Source: Eledone cirrhosa (lineage: Eukaryota). From it: a stretch of 64,000 nt of DNA. The notes beneath the pieces were generated by a model. It saw nothing but the letters and a program-made list of their open reading frames with translations, was not told the DNA's origin and did no database searches. The DNA lies in contig OZ024753.1 of NCBI GenBank assembly GCA_964016885.1, positions 13,888,001 to 13,952,000 of the forward strand. The letters are read 5' to 3'. Shown one piece after another: positions 1 through 12,334 of this stretch (its first letter is position 1; each line of letters opens with the position of its first letter). Position numbers and translations under genes: made by a program.

Positions 1-270
1 ACATGGCTTAGAGCATTGGCCTTGCAATCGAAAAGTTGTGAGTTCAATTCTCAGATCGGGTGATGTGTTGTTTCCTTGAGCAAGAAACTTTATTTCACAT
101 TGCTCCAGTTTACTCAGCTGTAGAAATGAGATGATAGGGACTGGGGTCCCTATCATTCCACAGCAAAGTGGTCGTGGAGGTGCCACGGCAAAAAAGCACC
201 CAGCACTCACTGTAAATGAGGTTGGTGTTAGGAAGGGCATCCAGCTGTAGAACTCAAGCCAGAATCAGTT
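1..270 (+). mobile_element. tRNA-derived SINE with CORE-like middle and RTE-derived 3' tail (5' end at window edge)
   Basis: tRNA-like head (tggcttagagc...gagttcaattc), then 'tccttgagcaagaaactttatttcacattgctccag', then a tail matching the RTE 3'UTR (cacccagcactcactgtaaatgaggttggtgttaggaagggcatccagc). A reverse copy lies at 15765-16095. Confidence 0.7.
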
Positions 271-366
271 CCTGCCCCCCCCCCACACACACACACATAT
301 ATATATGTATAGAGCCACTCACCTAGACACACATATACAGACATACACACATATTGATACACACAC

Positions 367-405
<39 letters not shown>

Positions 406-744
406 CGCACACACAGCCACTCACCCACAGATACAGGCACACACATACATGTAGTCACTCACCCACGCACACATATACAGACACACACACAACCCCCCCC
501 CCCCCCCCCCACACACACATACACATATATAGCCACTCACACACACACATATTCCTGTTGTCAGGTGGAATGGTAAATAGAAGGTTAGTTATTCCAAACC
601 TTATATTAGACTGGATTAGGGATAGACTATTTAGTTGAAGAAATAGCTTCTTCTTCCTTGTTTTTAGTCTTTATTTTAGTCTCTGTCAAAGATATGTTTT
701 CAGGAAGTCAACTGATAATTGCAGTAGAATGTCGTCTGTGATAT

Positions 745-1932
745 GTAAGTGTGTGTCTGACATGTTATATGTGTGTATGTGTAGACATATATATATATAT
801 GTATATGTACATATGTATGTAAGCATATATGTATGTGTGTGTATATGTAGACACATATATATATATGTATATATGTATGTGTGTGTTTGTGTAGACGTAT
901 ATATATATATATGTACATATGTATTTAAGCATATATGTATGTGTGTGTCTGATATGTTGTGTGTTTGTGTAGACGTATATATATATATATGTACATATGT
1001 ATTTAAGCATATATGTATGTGTGTGTCTGATATGTTATGTGTGTTTGTGTAGACGTATATATATATATGTACATATGTATTTAAGCATATATGTATGTGT
1101 GTGTCTGATATGTTATGTGTGTTTGTGTAGACGTATATATATATATGTACATATGTATTTAAGCATATATGTATGTGTGTGTCTGATATGTTATGTGTGT
1201 TTGTGTAGACGTATATATATATATATGTACATATGTATTTAAGCATATATGTATGTATGTGTGTGTCTGATATGTTATGTGTGTTTGTGTAGACGTATAT
1301 ATATATATATGTACATATGTATTTAAGCATATATGTGTGTGTGTGTCTGATATGTTATGTGTGTTTGTGTAGACGTATATATATATATGTACATATGTAT
1401 TTAAGCATATATGTATGTGTGTGTCTGATATGTTATGTGTGTTTGTGTGTAGACGTATATATATATATGTACATATGTATTTAAGCATATATGTATGTGT
1501 GTGTCTGATATGTTATGTGTGTTTGTGTAGACGTATATATATATATATATATATGTACATATGTATTTAAGCATATATGTATGTGTGTGTATATGTAGAC
1601 ACATATATATATATATATATGTATGTATGTGTGTGTTTGTGTAGATGTATATATATATATATGTACATATGTATTTAAGCATATATGTATGTATGTGTGT
1701 GTCTGATATGTTATGTGTGTTTGTGTAGACGTATATATATATATATGTACATATGTATTTAAGCATATATGTATGTATGTGTGCATGAATGTATGTACAT
1801 ATGTAATTATGTATGTACATGTGTATGCATGTTATGTATGTGTACATATATATATATATGTATATATGTATGTGTACATATATGTATGTATGTATATATA
1901 TATATATATATATATGTATACATATATATATT

Positions 1933-2010
<78 letters not shown>

Positions 2011-2059
2011 ACATACATATATGTATATATATATGTGTATATATATATATATATGTATA
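745..2059. repeat. Compound (TA)/(TG) minisatellite (~60-65 bp unit) grading into pure microsatellite
   Basis: Unit 'gtacatatgtatttaagcatatatgtatgtgtgtgtctgatatgttatgtgtgtttgtgtagacg(ta)n' repeated more than 10 times. Confidence 0.9.
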
Positions 2060-2662
2060 TCATCATCATCGTTTAACGTCCATCTTCCACGCTTGCATGG
2101 GTTTGGATGGGAGGTTTCCCACTTGAGGCAAGATTTGTTGTCCTGCTCGTATAGGACTGTCTGGCGGGTTTTCTACGGCTGGATGCCCTTCCTAACACCA
2201 ACCGCATTTACAGTGTGGAACTGGGAGGTTTTTACCGTGTTACCTACACGGCCACATTACAGCGTGGACTGTGTGTTTTTTTTGTCGTGACACCTACACG
2301 ACCTCATTTGTTTCGAACTGGATGTTGTGGTACCAACATAACTTTACATTTAAGGGGGGGGGGGGGGGTTATTTTGTTAGAGGTGCCTACCGACTGTAGG
2401 TTTCGCTTTGTACTTAGGCAAGGTGAGTCTTCTGTATGACTGTGTAGCGCCAAAGATCTCGGTCCAGTGACATTGTCTTGGAGAGGTGTAAGTGTGTGAG
2501 GTCGGAATTTATCAAGTTGTCCCAGGTTTTTCTGGGTCTGCCTACTCCGTGGCTACCGTCTATTTTTATCACCCTGCACTTTTTTATACAGCTGTCGTCT
2601 TTCATGCGCATCACGTGACCGTACCAACGTAGTCTTCTCTCGAGTAAACAACATCTGATCCC
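2060..2662 (-). mobile_element. 5'-truncated RTE LINE (family B) 3' end
   Basis: Encodes IRGIRCCLLERRLRWYGHVMRM...GRPRKTW, followed by the 3'UTR and (GAT)n tail; near-identical to the element at 36425-39240. Confidence 0.9.
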
Positions 2663-3070
2663 TCTTATTTCTACGTGCAAAGTTAACCTACAGTCAGTAG
2701 GCCCCTCCAAACCAAACACACCCCAACCCACTACCTCACTCCATACTCCCACCCACACCACCCTTTCTCTGTAAAGTTATGTTGGTACCACAACATCCAG
2801 TCCAAACTAATGAGGTCGTGTAGGTGTCACAACAAAAAACACAACAGTCCACGCTGTAATGTGGTCGTGTAGGGAACACGGTAAAAAGGTTCCCAGTCCA
2901 CACTGTAAACGTGGTTGGTGTTAGGAAGGGCATCCAGTCGTAGAAAACCTGCCAGATAGTCCTATATGAGCGAGACACGGTCACCCGATCAATCTTACTT
3001 CAAGTGGGGCAATTCCCTTGTAAACCCATGCTAGCTAGGAAGATAGACGTTAAACGATGATGATGATGAT
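2663..3070 (+). mobile_element. RTE LINE 3'UTR fragment, back-to-back with the previous copy
   Basis: Family-B-like 3'UTR in the opposite orientation, ending gacgttaaac(gat)n. Confidence 0.85.
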
Positions 3071-3079
3071 ATGTACACG

Positions 3080-3115
<36 letters not shown>

Positions 3116-3116
<1 letters not shown>

Positions 3117-3484
3117 GACACATGACCGTGACTTCTGGCGTCGTGCAGTAATACAGAGTACTCGACCTCCCATGGGTACAAGCTGAAGCATATAGACAAT
3201 ATGCCCCCACGCCCCCCACCGCAAGGTGGTCGTGGAGGTGCCACGGCAAAAAAGCACCCAGCCCACACTGTAAAGTGGACGTGTAGGCGCCACGAAAAAG
3301 CACCCAGCACTCACTGTAAATGAGGTTGGTGTTAGGAAGAGCATCCAGCTGTAGAAATCAAACCAGATCAGTTCCTGTATGAGCAAGGCATGGTCAGCCG
3401 ACCAGACACTGCCCACAACAGGACAACCCGTCTAACCCATGCTAGCGTGGAAGAACGGACGTAAAACGGTGATGATGATGATGA
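3116..3484 (+). mobile_element. 5'-truncated RTE LINE (family A) 3' end
   Basis: Matches the last codons and 3'UTR of the 21503-24622 element; (GAT)n tail. Confidence 0.9.
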
Positions 3485-3667
3485 TATGTGTGTGTAGAAG
3501 TTGGTGGAATTCCGACAAACATAAATGTTTATAACTGATTTAGAGCACTCAATAGATTACTGGAGTAAATATTCCATGATATTAAATAAATGGAAACTAT
3601 CCAGTGAATTTCCGACCAATAAGGTATGCTTTTCATGGGTACGCCTTTATTTATCAAACAAACTTTG

Positions 3668-3732
3668 TATTTTATCTGATGAAAGCGCACCAATGTTGGC
3701 TTGGTTGCCCTTGAAATATATATAATAAAATA
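3668..3732 (+). ncRNA. Minimal type I hammerhead ribozyme motif
   Basis: tattttat-CTGATGA-[aagcgcaccaa..ttggttgccctt stem II]-GAAA-tatata-TA-ataaaata. Stem I has 8 bp; stem III is palindromic. Confidence 0.65.
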
Positions 3733-3934
3733 AATATGGTTTTATAAATATAGTTTCCATTTATTTAATATCATGGTATATATATATATATTTATTAAAA
3801 TAACAGATTAAAGTTTAAGCAAAGAATCGCTGCTTTCACCCTCTAGGGTTCTTATATACCTGATATATATTTATCCTTATCGAACCCTCTTTGGATTTTA
3901 GTCTTCAAATTTATTATTATTACTATAACGTGAT

Positions 3935-4231
3935 TAGTGTTGGGAAGGGCACCCAGCCGTAGAAAACCCGCCAGACGTGTAGGTGTCACGACAAAAAAAC
4001 ACAACAGTCCACGCTGTAATGTGGCCGTGTAGGCAACACGGTAAAAACCTCCCAGTCCACACTGTAAACGTGGTTGGTGTTAGGAAGGGCATCCAGCCGT
4101 AGAAAACCCGCCAGACAGTCCTATACGAGCAGGACAACCAATCTTGCCTCAAGTGGGAAAACTCCCGTCCAAACCCATTCAAGCGTGGATGATGGACGTT
4201 AAACGAATGATGATGATGATGATGATGATGA
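3935..4231 (+). mobile_element. RTE 3'UTR fragment (family B)
   Basis: ttaggaagggcatccagccgtagaaaacc...gacgttaaac with (GAT)n tail. Confidence 0.85.
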
Positions 4232-4799
4232 TATATGTATACACCACTGTCTTAACCTTGTTTGTCTGGTTCAGACTTTCTGTCAGTGAATTGGCTTTCC
4301 AGTTTCTTCCTTCCTTCCTTCCTTTCTGTCTGTCTTTATTTATTTATTGGCAGCAGCCATTCTTAAATTCTTAGACTACGGAAATACTTTATCAAGTCCA
4401 TCCATTTTGTATTTACTCAATGGTAGAATAAGAATGGTAACTCAACATAATAACGCAGACCGCCCCGCACGCATATGGAGGTGTGTGGCCCACTGGTGAG
4501 GGTGTTGGACTTATCATAATGTTGTAGGTTCTTGAGCAAGGCACTTCATTTCATGTTGCTTTTAATGGCAGGAGGGCTGGGAGCTCCCCACCATGGTTGG
4601 GAATACAAAACTTCCCTCCTCCTCTCCCCTGGACAAGACGTCAGTCCATCATAGGGTTAATTCTCTAGCTGTTGCAGCTGGTTGTAGTTCTCATTTTCAA
4701 CTGAATAGACTAGAGCAATTCACTTCCCAGTTTGGGAATCAAACCTACAGTATTACAGTCATGAGCCCAACATCCTTACATCCTAACCAAATAAAATAA

Positions 4800-5528
4800 C
4801 AAAGCAGCCAGACCACACTGTAAAGTGGTCATGTAGGTGCCATGGAAAAAGAGCACCTAGCCCACACTGTAAAGTGGTCATGTAGGTGCCACGGAAAAAG
4901 AGCACCTAGCCCACACTGTAAAGTGGCCATGTAGGCGCCACAGAAAAAAAGCAGCCAGACCACACTGTAAAGTGGCCATGTAGGTGCCATGGAAAAAAAG
5001 CACCCAGACCACACTGTAAAGTGGCCATGTAGGTGCCATGGAAAAAAAGCACCCAGACCACACTGTAAAGTGGCCATGTAGGTACCATGGAAAAAGAGCA
5101 CCCAGCCCACACTGTAAAGTGGCCATGTAGGTGCCACGGAAAAAAAGCACCCAGACCACACTGTAAAGTGGCCATGTATGTGCCACGAAAAAAAAGCACC
5201 CAGACCACTGTAAAGTGGCCATGTAGGTGCCATGGAAAAAAAGCACCCAGACCACACTGTAAAGTAGTCGTGGAGGTGCCACGGCAAAAAAGCACCCAGA
5301 CCACACTGTAAAGTGGCCATGTAGGTGCCACGGCAAAAAAGCACCCAGCACTCACTGTAAATGAGGTTGGCGTTAGGAAGGGCATCCAGCTGTAGAAATC
5401 AAGCCAGAATCAGTTCCCATATGAGCAAGAACAAGTTCATCTGACCTGGCATTGCCCACAACAGGACAACCCATCTGACCCATGCTAGCGTGGAAGAATG
5501 GACGTAAAACGGTGATGATGATGATGAT
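4800..5528 (+). repeat. ~49-bp tandem array (about 11 copies) of the RTE 3'UTR hairpin module, followed by the normal RTE tail
   Basis: Unit cacccagaccacactgtaaagtggccatgtaggtgccatggaaaaaaag; runs into the RTE 3' terminus at 5345-5528. Confidence 0.9.
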
Positions 5529-5654
5529 ATCTTTAATCACTACCACGTGTTAGCAATTGGCATAGACTATAGGGTTCCTCTTATGCAGACCCTTAAGTTT
5601 ATTTATCAAAATACAAATTTCCCAATTTGTATGATAGTTCATATATCCAGAAGT

Positions 5655-5920
5655 CTGTCATGAGCCTGGAGGCTCATCAGGCCACTGCTTATCCTGGTTT
5701 CCATGGTGTATACATTTTTCTCCTGGACTGGACGCCAGTCCATTGCAGGATTAAACCTCCAATTTGCTGGTACTCATTTTCAGCTGATTATGAGTATACC
5801 AGAGCAACATGAAATGAAGTGTTTTGCTCAAGAACACAACACACAACCCAGTCTAGGCATCAAACACACAACATTATGATTGTAAATTAAACACCCTTAC
5901 CACTAGGCCACATGCCTTCA
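5655..5920 (-). mobile_element. tRNA-derived CORE-like SINE
   Basis: Reverse complement of the 25548-25820 family (aggcatgtggcctagtggtaaggg...gttcttgagcaaaacacttcatttca). Confidence 0.7.
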
Positions 5921-5996
5921 CACTATCCTGGTATATATTGCATACCAATCATTCCAACACTATTGCCATCATATTGATGACACAGGTTCTCTATAA

Positions 5997-6661
5997 TCTA
6001 AACTATAATAAAGTAAGGAGTGCGGGACTGCGTACAGTTTATAATTTTTTATCCCATTAGTAAAATAAGTTGGATTACTTTGAATAAATAATTGTTTCTA
6101 CTTTTGGCACAAGGCCAGCAATTACCCAGTGTATTACTGGTACTTTATTTTATCGACCCCGTAAGGATGAAAGGCAAAGTTAACCTTGGTGGGATTTCAA
6201 TAATTGTTTCTACGTTTGGCACAAGGCCAGCAATTACCCAGTGCATTACTGGTACTTTATTTTATCGACCGGGATTTCAATAAATAATGAATGAATATTA
6301 CATAATTTATCTACTAAATTTCGTGGCTGTTCATTAAATATATTTTATTACTTCTTTAAAACTTTCGAATGCCAACACTTCCGGTGGCAATCGTTTAAAT
6401 AAATATTCATATATTTCTGTCACTAATTTTCTCCTAACGCAGTTTATATATAATATCGTCTATTTTTTAATGTATCATGGATTACGTTACTGATTACATA
6501 AGACAGTGTAACAGTCTTCATTCAATTTCTGTGTATTATATATTGTCAATTACGATTTTATTTGATGTATCATATCTACATGTATATATACCTGCTTATA
6601 ATATCAATATACACACACCACATGCTAGCAGAAAACCACCCGGGGGTGGTTTTTCAGCCAG
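5997..6661 (+). mobile_element. Non-autonomous Helitron-like element interrupted by SINE fragments
   Basis: Starts TC(taaactataataaag) and ends with a GC-rich hairpin (gaaaaccacc-cgg-ggtggttttt) then C(C/T)AG. SINE pieces at ~6090-6280; homologous copy at 60842-61333. Confidence 0.6.
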
Positions 6662-7439
6662 TAATCATAATGATTGATACACTGTAAATGTGATTGGTAT
6701 TAGGAAGGCATCCAGCTGTAGAAATCTAGCCGGAAACAGTTCCCGTATGAGCAAGATACAGTCACCTGACCCAAGCTGCCTCAAATGGGACATGTCTAAC
6801 CCATGCTAGCATGGAAGGTGGACTATGGACATTAAACGATGTGGTTATATTTAAACCCAGAAACATCCATTAAGCCACAATATTTGTTTCTGTTTTGTTT
6901 TAGTTGCTTTTGTTGTTATTTTCCCTTCAGTAATGGAATAAATGTTTTTCTCAGCTGTCACAAAAAAAACTCTAATTAATGCAGGGGGGGGGGGGGGGGA
7001 AGAGCTGTTTTATTTCCCCTGATTGTTGAATAAAAGGTTGGATGCAACCAGGGTTTTTTAGGTATTTTATTTGTCACCAATTTTTTGCATTTGTTTGTAT
7101 AACCCCCCCCCCCCCCCCCCCTCTGTACACTCCCCTCTCACCCTCTCTCTTTCACTATCTTTGTACACTCCCCTCTCTCCCCCTCTCTCTCTGCTTCCTC
7201 CTGTCTTTACCCCTCCCCCTGCTCCTCTTACCCCTCTCCCACCCCCAGTTTCCCTACTCTCCCTTTTACTGCTTCTTATTCTATATTCAAAGTCAACACT
7301 TAATAATAATTATAACGTGGAGGATTGGCACAATGGCATAGTTATTCTATTTTACACACACATACACACATACACACATACATCTAGTTGGTACCTCTTA
7401 ACCATTATAATCCCACCATCCCACTTCTGGCCACACCAC

Positions 7440-8130
7440 CCTTACACTGTAAAGTTAATTTGATATCACAACAAAATGCACCCAGCCCACACTGTAAAGT
7501 GGTCATGTAGGTGTCATGACAAAAAGCACCCAGCCCACACTGTAAAGTGGTTGTGTAGGTGTCACAACAAAAAGCACCCAGCCCACACTGTAAAGTGGTC
7601 ATGTAGGTGTCATGACAAAATGCACCCAGCCCACCCTGTAAAGTGGTTGTGTAGGTGTCACAACAAAAAGCACCCAGCCCACACTGTAAAGTGGTCATGT
7701 AGGTGTCATGACAAAATGCACCCAGCCCACCTTGTAAAGTGGTTGTGTAGGTGTCACAACAAAAAGCACCCAGCCCACACTGTAAAGTGGTCATGTAGGT
7801 GTCATGACAAAATGCACCCAGCCCACCCTGTAAAGTGGTTGTGTAGGTGTCACAACAAAAAGCACCCAGCCCACACTGTAAAGGGATCATGTAGGTGTCA
7901 CAACAAAATGCACCCAGCCTACACTGTAAAGTTGTTGTGTAGGTGTTGTGACAAAATGCACCCAGCCCACTGTAAGGTGGTCCTGTACGTGTCACAACAA
8001 AAAGCCACCCAGCACACACTGTGTAAAGTGGTTGACACTAGGAAGGGCATCTAGCCATATAAACCTAGCCAGAAACAGTTCTATATGAGCAAGACTCGGT
8101 CGCCTGCCCCAACTTGCTTCTAATGGGATA
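7440..8130 (+). repeat. ~47-bp alternating (dimeric) tandem array from the RTE 3'UTR module, plus RTE tail
   Basis: Alternating ggtcatgtaggtgtcatgac and ggttgtgtaggtgtcacaac units, about 12 copies. Confidence 0.9.
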
Positions 8131-8317
8131 ACTACAAAACACATCATCGGTGTTGTATCTTAGAATCACTAGGTGTTTCAGGTCTTACAACATAGTCACC
8201 CTCACCCAAGTGACCAACCTACAGGTGTAAATACTTAGATACTGTTAGCAAGATGACTTCCACCATCAGATACAATTTTTCACCATCAATGAATCTCTCC
8301 AGTCACTTCACCTCTGA

Positions 8318-8765
8318 AAAGTTCATAGGCTGACCAAGATACTCTCATGGAATGACCAAATGAGGTTTATTTTTCAACATATTTCCTTGAAAGAAACAAT
8401 ACAGTTATTAATAAGAAGAATTGAAATTTAATGCTTGCAAGATTTCACAGCTCTAGGATCACTCCTTCATAGGCTGACCAAGATACTCTCATTGAATGAC
8501 CAAATGAGGTTTATTTTTCAACATATTTCCTTGAAAGAAACAATACAGTTATTAATAAGAAGAGTTGAAATTTAAAGCTTGCAAGATTTCACAGCTCTAG
8601 CATCACTCCTTCATAGGCTGACCAAGATATTCTCATGGAATGACCAAATGAGGTTTATTTTTCAGCATAGTCCCTCGAAAGAAACAAAGCTGTTATTAAT
8701 AAGAATTGAATGAAATTAATGCATGCAAGATTTCACAGCTTTAGCATTACTCCCTCATAGCTAAC
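8318..8765. repeat. 144-bp tandem triplication, probably from a mariner-like MITE end
   Basis: tcataggctgaccaagata at 8323, 8467 and 8611. The mariner-like assignment is by recognition only. Confidence 0.7.
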
Positions 8766-8821
8766 CTATGTACTTGTCACCCATATACTCACAACTGTTT
8801 TGTATGTGTTTGTCTTTGCAG

Positions 8822-8959
8822 ATAACACCAATCTTTATAGAGCAGGAGACTCGTCCAATCAGCTTCTGGGAGCGTCTGGAGAAAAGTCGTCCTATCTGGT
8901 GCCTGCCAGATATTGGTCGTATCGGTGCTGTACATTTGCTCAAAGATGGAGCTCCAGGA
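8822..8959 (+). CDS. RIN/sprint-like Rab5 GEF, internal exon (start of SH2 region)
   Basis: ttgcag|ATA...GGA|gtaagt; 138 nt, phase 0/0; ITPIFIEQETRPISFWERLEKSRPIWCLPDIGRIGAVHLLKDGAPG. Confidence 0.85.
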
Positions 8960-9237
8960 GTAAGTATTTCTTTTAGACTCCCTTAATTTATTTAAAATAT
9001 TTTTTAACAATTGGAAGAGTTGTTAGGGTTTTTACAGCCTCTCTTCTGGGCCCTTTACATTCTGTGTTCACATCCCGCCAAGGTTAGCTTTGCCTTTCAT
9101 CCTTACAGAGTTGATAAAATAAAGTACCAGTAATGCACTGGGGTCAATTTAATTGAATTTCCCCTCCCTCAAGACGGTTAACCTTGTGCCTAAATCAGAA
9201 ACCATTATTAATTTCACTGTAAATTTGTTGTTTGTAG

Positions 9238-9422
9238 ATGTTTATTGTCCGTCAGTCAACCCAGAAAAGCTCAATGGCCCTTTCTGTTCACCTGTCACAA
9301 TCTGATGGACCTGTTGTCGAGCATTACTTGATAGAGGACTACAATGAGGCCCCACATCTTCAGGGTTCTGACAAAACATTCAACAACGTTCCTGAACTTA
9401 TTTATAATTACTGTAAAAACTT
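9238..9422 (+). CDS. RIN/sprint-like, SH2 exon
   Basis: tttgtag|ATG...TT|gtaagt; contains the FIVRQS SH2 motif, VEHYLIE and VPELIYNY; phase 0/2. Confidence 0.9.
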
Positions 9423-9599
9423 GTAAGTATTGTAACTACATCTATAAACCTTTTCCATACTAAACTGTTGGAAAGTACATTGGCTTGTGTTTAGGGTGGT
9501 GTTTAGATAAATATCAGTACTTTAAAGTAAACAGTTTTGATTTGTAGAAGGGACAAAATCTATACCCTTTCCATACTAAACTGTTGGAAAGTACATTTG

Positions 9600-10160
9600 C
9601 GCATGAAAGACGACAGCTGTATAAAAAAAGTGTAGGGTGATCAAAATTGATGGAAATTACGAAGTAGGTAGACCCAGAAAAACCTGGGATGATTTGAATT
9701 CCGACCTTACACACTTGTACCTCTCTAAGACAATGTCACTGGAGCGAGAACTTTGGCGCCACGCAGTAATACAGATGACCCGCCTTGCCTATGTACAAAG
9801 CGAAACCTACAGTCAGTAGGCACCTCTTAACCAAATATACACCTCCATCCCACTACCCCTACTCCACTCTCCCACTCCCACTAACACCACCCTTTCTCTG
9901 TAAAGTTATGTTGGTACCACAACATCCAGTCCAAAATAAATGAGGTCGTGTAGGTGTCACGACAAAAACCTCCCAGTCCACACTGTAAATGTGGTTGGTG
10001 TTAGGAAGCGCATCCAGCCGTAGAAAACCTGCCAGATAGTCCTTTACGAGTGAGACACAGTCACCCGACCAATCTTGCCTCAAGTGGGACAATTCCCGTC
10101 TAAACCGATACTAGCGTGGAAGATAGACGTTAAACGATGATGATGAAGATGATGATGATG
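9600..10160 (+). mobile_element. Intronic 5'-truncated RTE (family B) 3' end
   Basis: Degenerate MKDDSCIKK...GRPRKTWDDL, 3'UTR and (GAT)n tail. Confidence 0.85.
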
Positions 10161-10835
10161 ATCAGTACTTTAAAATAAACAGTTTTGATTTGTAGAAGAA
10201 GGGACGGTTTTAGGTGGTTTGGTATTAGACTTACATTCATGCAGTTCTCGGTTTTGTGTTCGACTCCAGGACCTGTTGGTGTGTTGTTCTTGTACAAGGT
10301 TCTCAATCTCTGGACCTGTTAGTGTGTTGTGTTCTTGGGCAAGGTGCTCAACTTGTGGAGCTGTTGGTGTGTTGTGTTTTTGTGCAAGGTGCTTCATTTC
10401 ACAGTGTTTTTCATAATAGGGCTGAAGACCCTATCAGTTAACAGCTCCTGTGGCATGTAACCTCATATAAAGCCAACTAAACCTAAACCAGTAAACCACT
10501 CCTGGTTTTATGATACTGGGCTGTTTATGTTTATCTAAAAATCTTACATTATAATTTTATATACTAACTAAATCCCTCCGAGGTTAACTTTGCCTTTCAT
10601 CCTTATGGGGTCGATAAAATAAACGCTGGGTAATTGATGGCTTTGTGCCAAAAGTAGAAACAATTATAATTTTATATACTAACATTTTAACTCTTTACCT
10701 GTTCCAGTCCACTGGCTGAGGCCATGCTGGAGTACCACCATTAAAAAACAAACAACTTAGTAATGAGAAAGTTAGTTATATATTATTAAATCTTTTCAAA
10801 TTTTTGATTATTTTCAAAATTATTTGAAAACCATA

Positions 10836-11215
10836 GGGGACAGTGTCATTCATTAGAAATATCGTAATGAAAGGGTTAATGACATAGACAGTGTCTTTCA
10901 TTAGAAATATGGTAATGAAAGGGTTAATGACATAGACAGTGTCTTTCATTAGAAATATGGTAATGAAAGGGTTAATGACATAGACAGTGTCTTTCATTAG
11001 AAATATGGTAATGAAAGGGTTAATGACATAGACAGTGTCTTTCATTAGAAATATGGTAATGAAAGGGTTAATGACATAGACAGTGCCTTTCATTAGAAAT
11101 ATGATAATGAAAGAGTTAAAGACATAGACAGTGTCTTTAATTAAAAATATGGCAATGAAAGGGTTAATGACATAGACAGTGTCTTTCATTAGAAATATGG
11201 TAATGAAAGGTTAAT
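10836..11215. repeat. 48-bp tandem array (~8 copies) of a TTAA-ended (piggyBac-like) MITE terminus
   Basis: catagacagtgtctttcattagaaatatggtaatgaaagggttaatga; single related copies at ~16780-17170. Confidence 0.75.
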
Positions 11216-11266
11216 GATAAATATATTGAAATACCTTTTTTTTTCTTTTTTTTTTGTATTTTGAAG

Positions 11267-11358
11267 GGAAGACCTGCCCCAGTTGTTGGTGCTACCTGAT
11301 CCAATCCTCAAGGCAGAAACATCACAGAAACTTGCATCGTTAGCTTTATTAGGTCAAG
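11267..11358 (+). CDS. RIN/sprint-like, exon absent from the ORF track
   Basis: Poly-T tract, gaag|G GAA GAC CTG...CAA G|gtaaaa; EDLPQLLVLPDPILKAETSQKLASLALLGQ. Phase 2/1 joins both neighbours in frame (KNL-EDLP, LGQ-AFW). Confidence 0.85.
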
Positions 11359-11529
11359 GTAAAATAAATTTCTTTCATAATCATCACCGTCTTATGTCTG
11401 TTTTCTATGCTGGCATAGCTTAAGTGTATTGTCACTTTCTCAAGCTAAACAGGTCATAGGGACCATGCTGTGCTCATAAATTTTATTTTTGACATAGTTT
11501 CTGTGGCGGTTTGCCCTTCTAATGCCAAC

Positions 11530-12240
11530 TAATTTACAGCATGTACTGGGTGCATTTTATCATGGCACCAGCACTACCACTTTACAGAGTGTACTGGGTG
11601 CATTTTATCATGGCACCAACACTACCACTTTACAGCATGTACTGGGTGCATTTTATCATGGCACCAGCACTACCACTTTACAGAGTGTACTGGGTGCATT
11701 TTATTATGGCACCAACACTACCACTTTACAGCATGTACTGGGTGCATTTTATCATGGTACAAGCACTACCATTTTACAGCATGTACTGGGTGCATTTTAT
11801 CATGGTACAAGCACTACCATTTTACAGCATGTACTGGGTGCATTTTATCATGGTACTAGCGCTACCACTTTATAGTGTTTACTGACTGTATGTATTTTAT
11901 AGTGGCACCAGCACTACCACTTTAGAGAGTGTACTGGGTGCATTATATAGTGGCTCAAGCTCTACTACTTTACAGAGTGTACTGGGTATATTTTATAGTG
12001 GCACCAGCATTACTATACAGATTGTATTAGGTGTATTTTATTGTGGCACCAGCACTACCACTTTACAGAGTGTACTGGATGTATTTCATCATGGCACCAG
12101 TACTAACACTTTACAGAGTGTACTGGGTGTTTTTTTTATAGAGGTTCAAGCACTACTTTACAGTGTGTTCTGTGTGTATAAGCACTCCCACTTTACAGAG
12201 TGTACTGGGTGCATTTTATCATAGCAGCAGCCACTTTACC
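11530..12240 (-). repeat. 48-bp tandem array from an RTE-type 3'UTR module
   Basis: tgtactgggtgcattttatcatggcaccagcactaccactttacag; degenerates towards the right end. Confidence 0.8.
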
Positions 12241-12334
12241 AAAAGATGCAACTTATACTTCACAAAATTAAGAGGGGAGGAGCTGGTAGTGCCTCAAAAG
12301 TATTTCTCTTACATCTTTAATATTTATTTTTCAG

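Noticed and set aside
228-2290. Numerous YI/HT/CV-rich ORFs here and at 36-43, 48-56 and 60 kb
   Set aside because: Dinucleotide microsatellite translations.
8182-8226. Possible 45-nt exon (VLQHSHPHPSDQPTG)
   Set aside because: Phase-compatible with 8822, but weak splice sites and no recognisable homology.
12163-12334. N-terminal part of the 1182-aa ORF
   Set aside because: Intronic repeat sequence upstream of the true acceptor at 12334.
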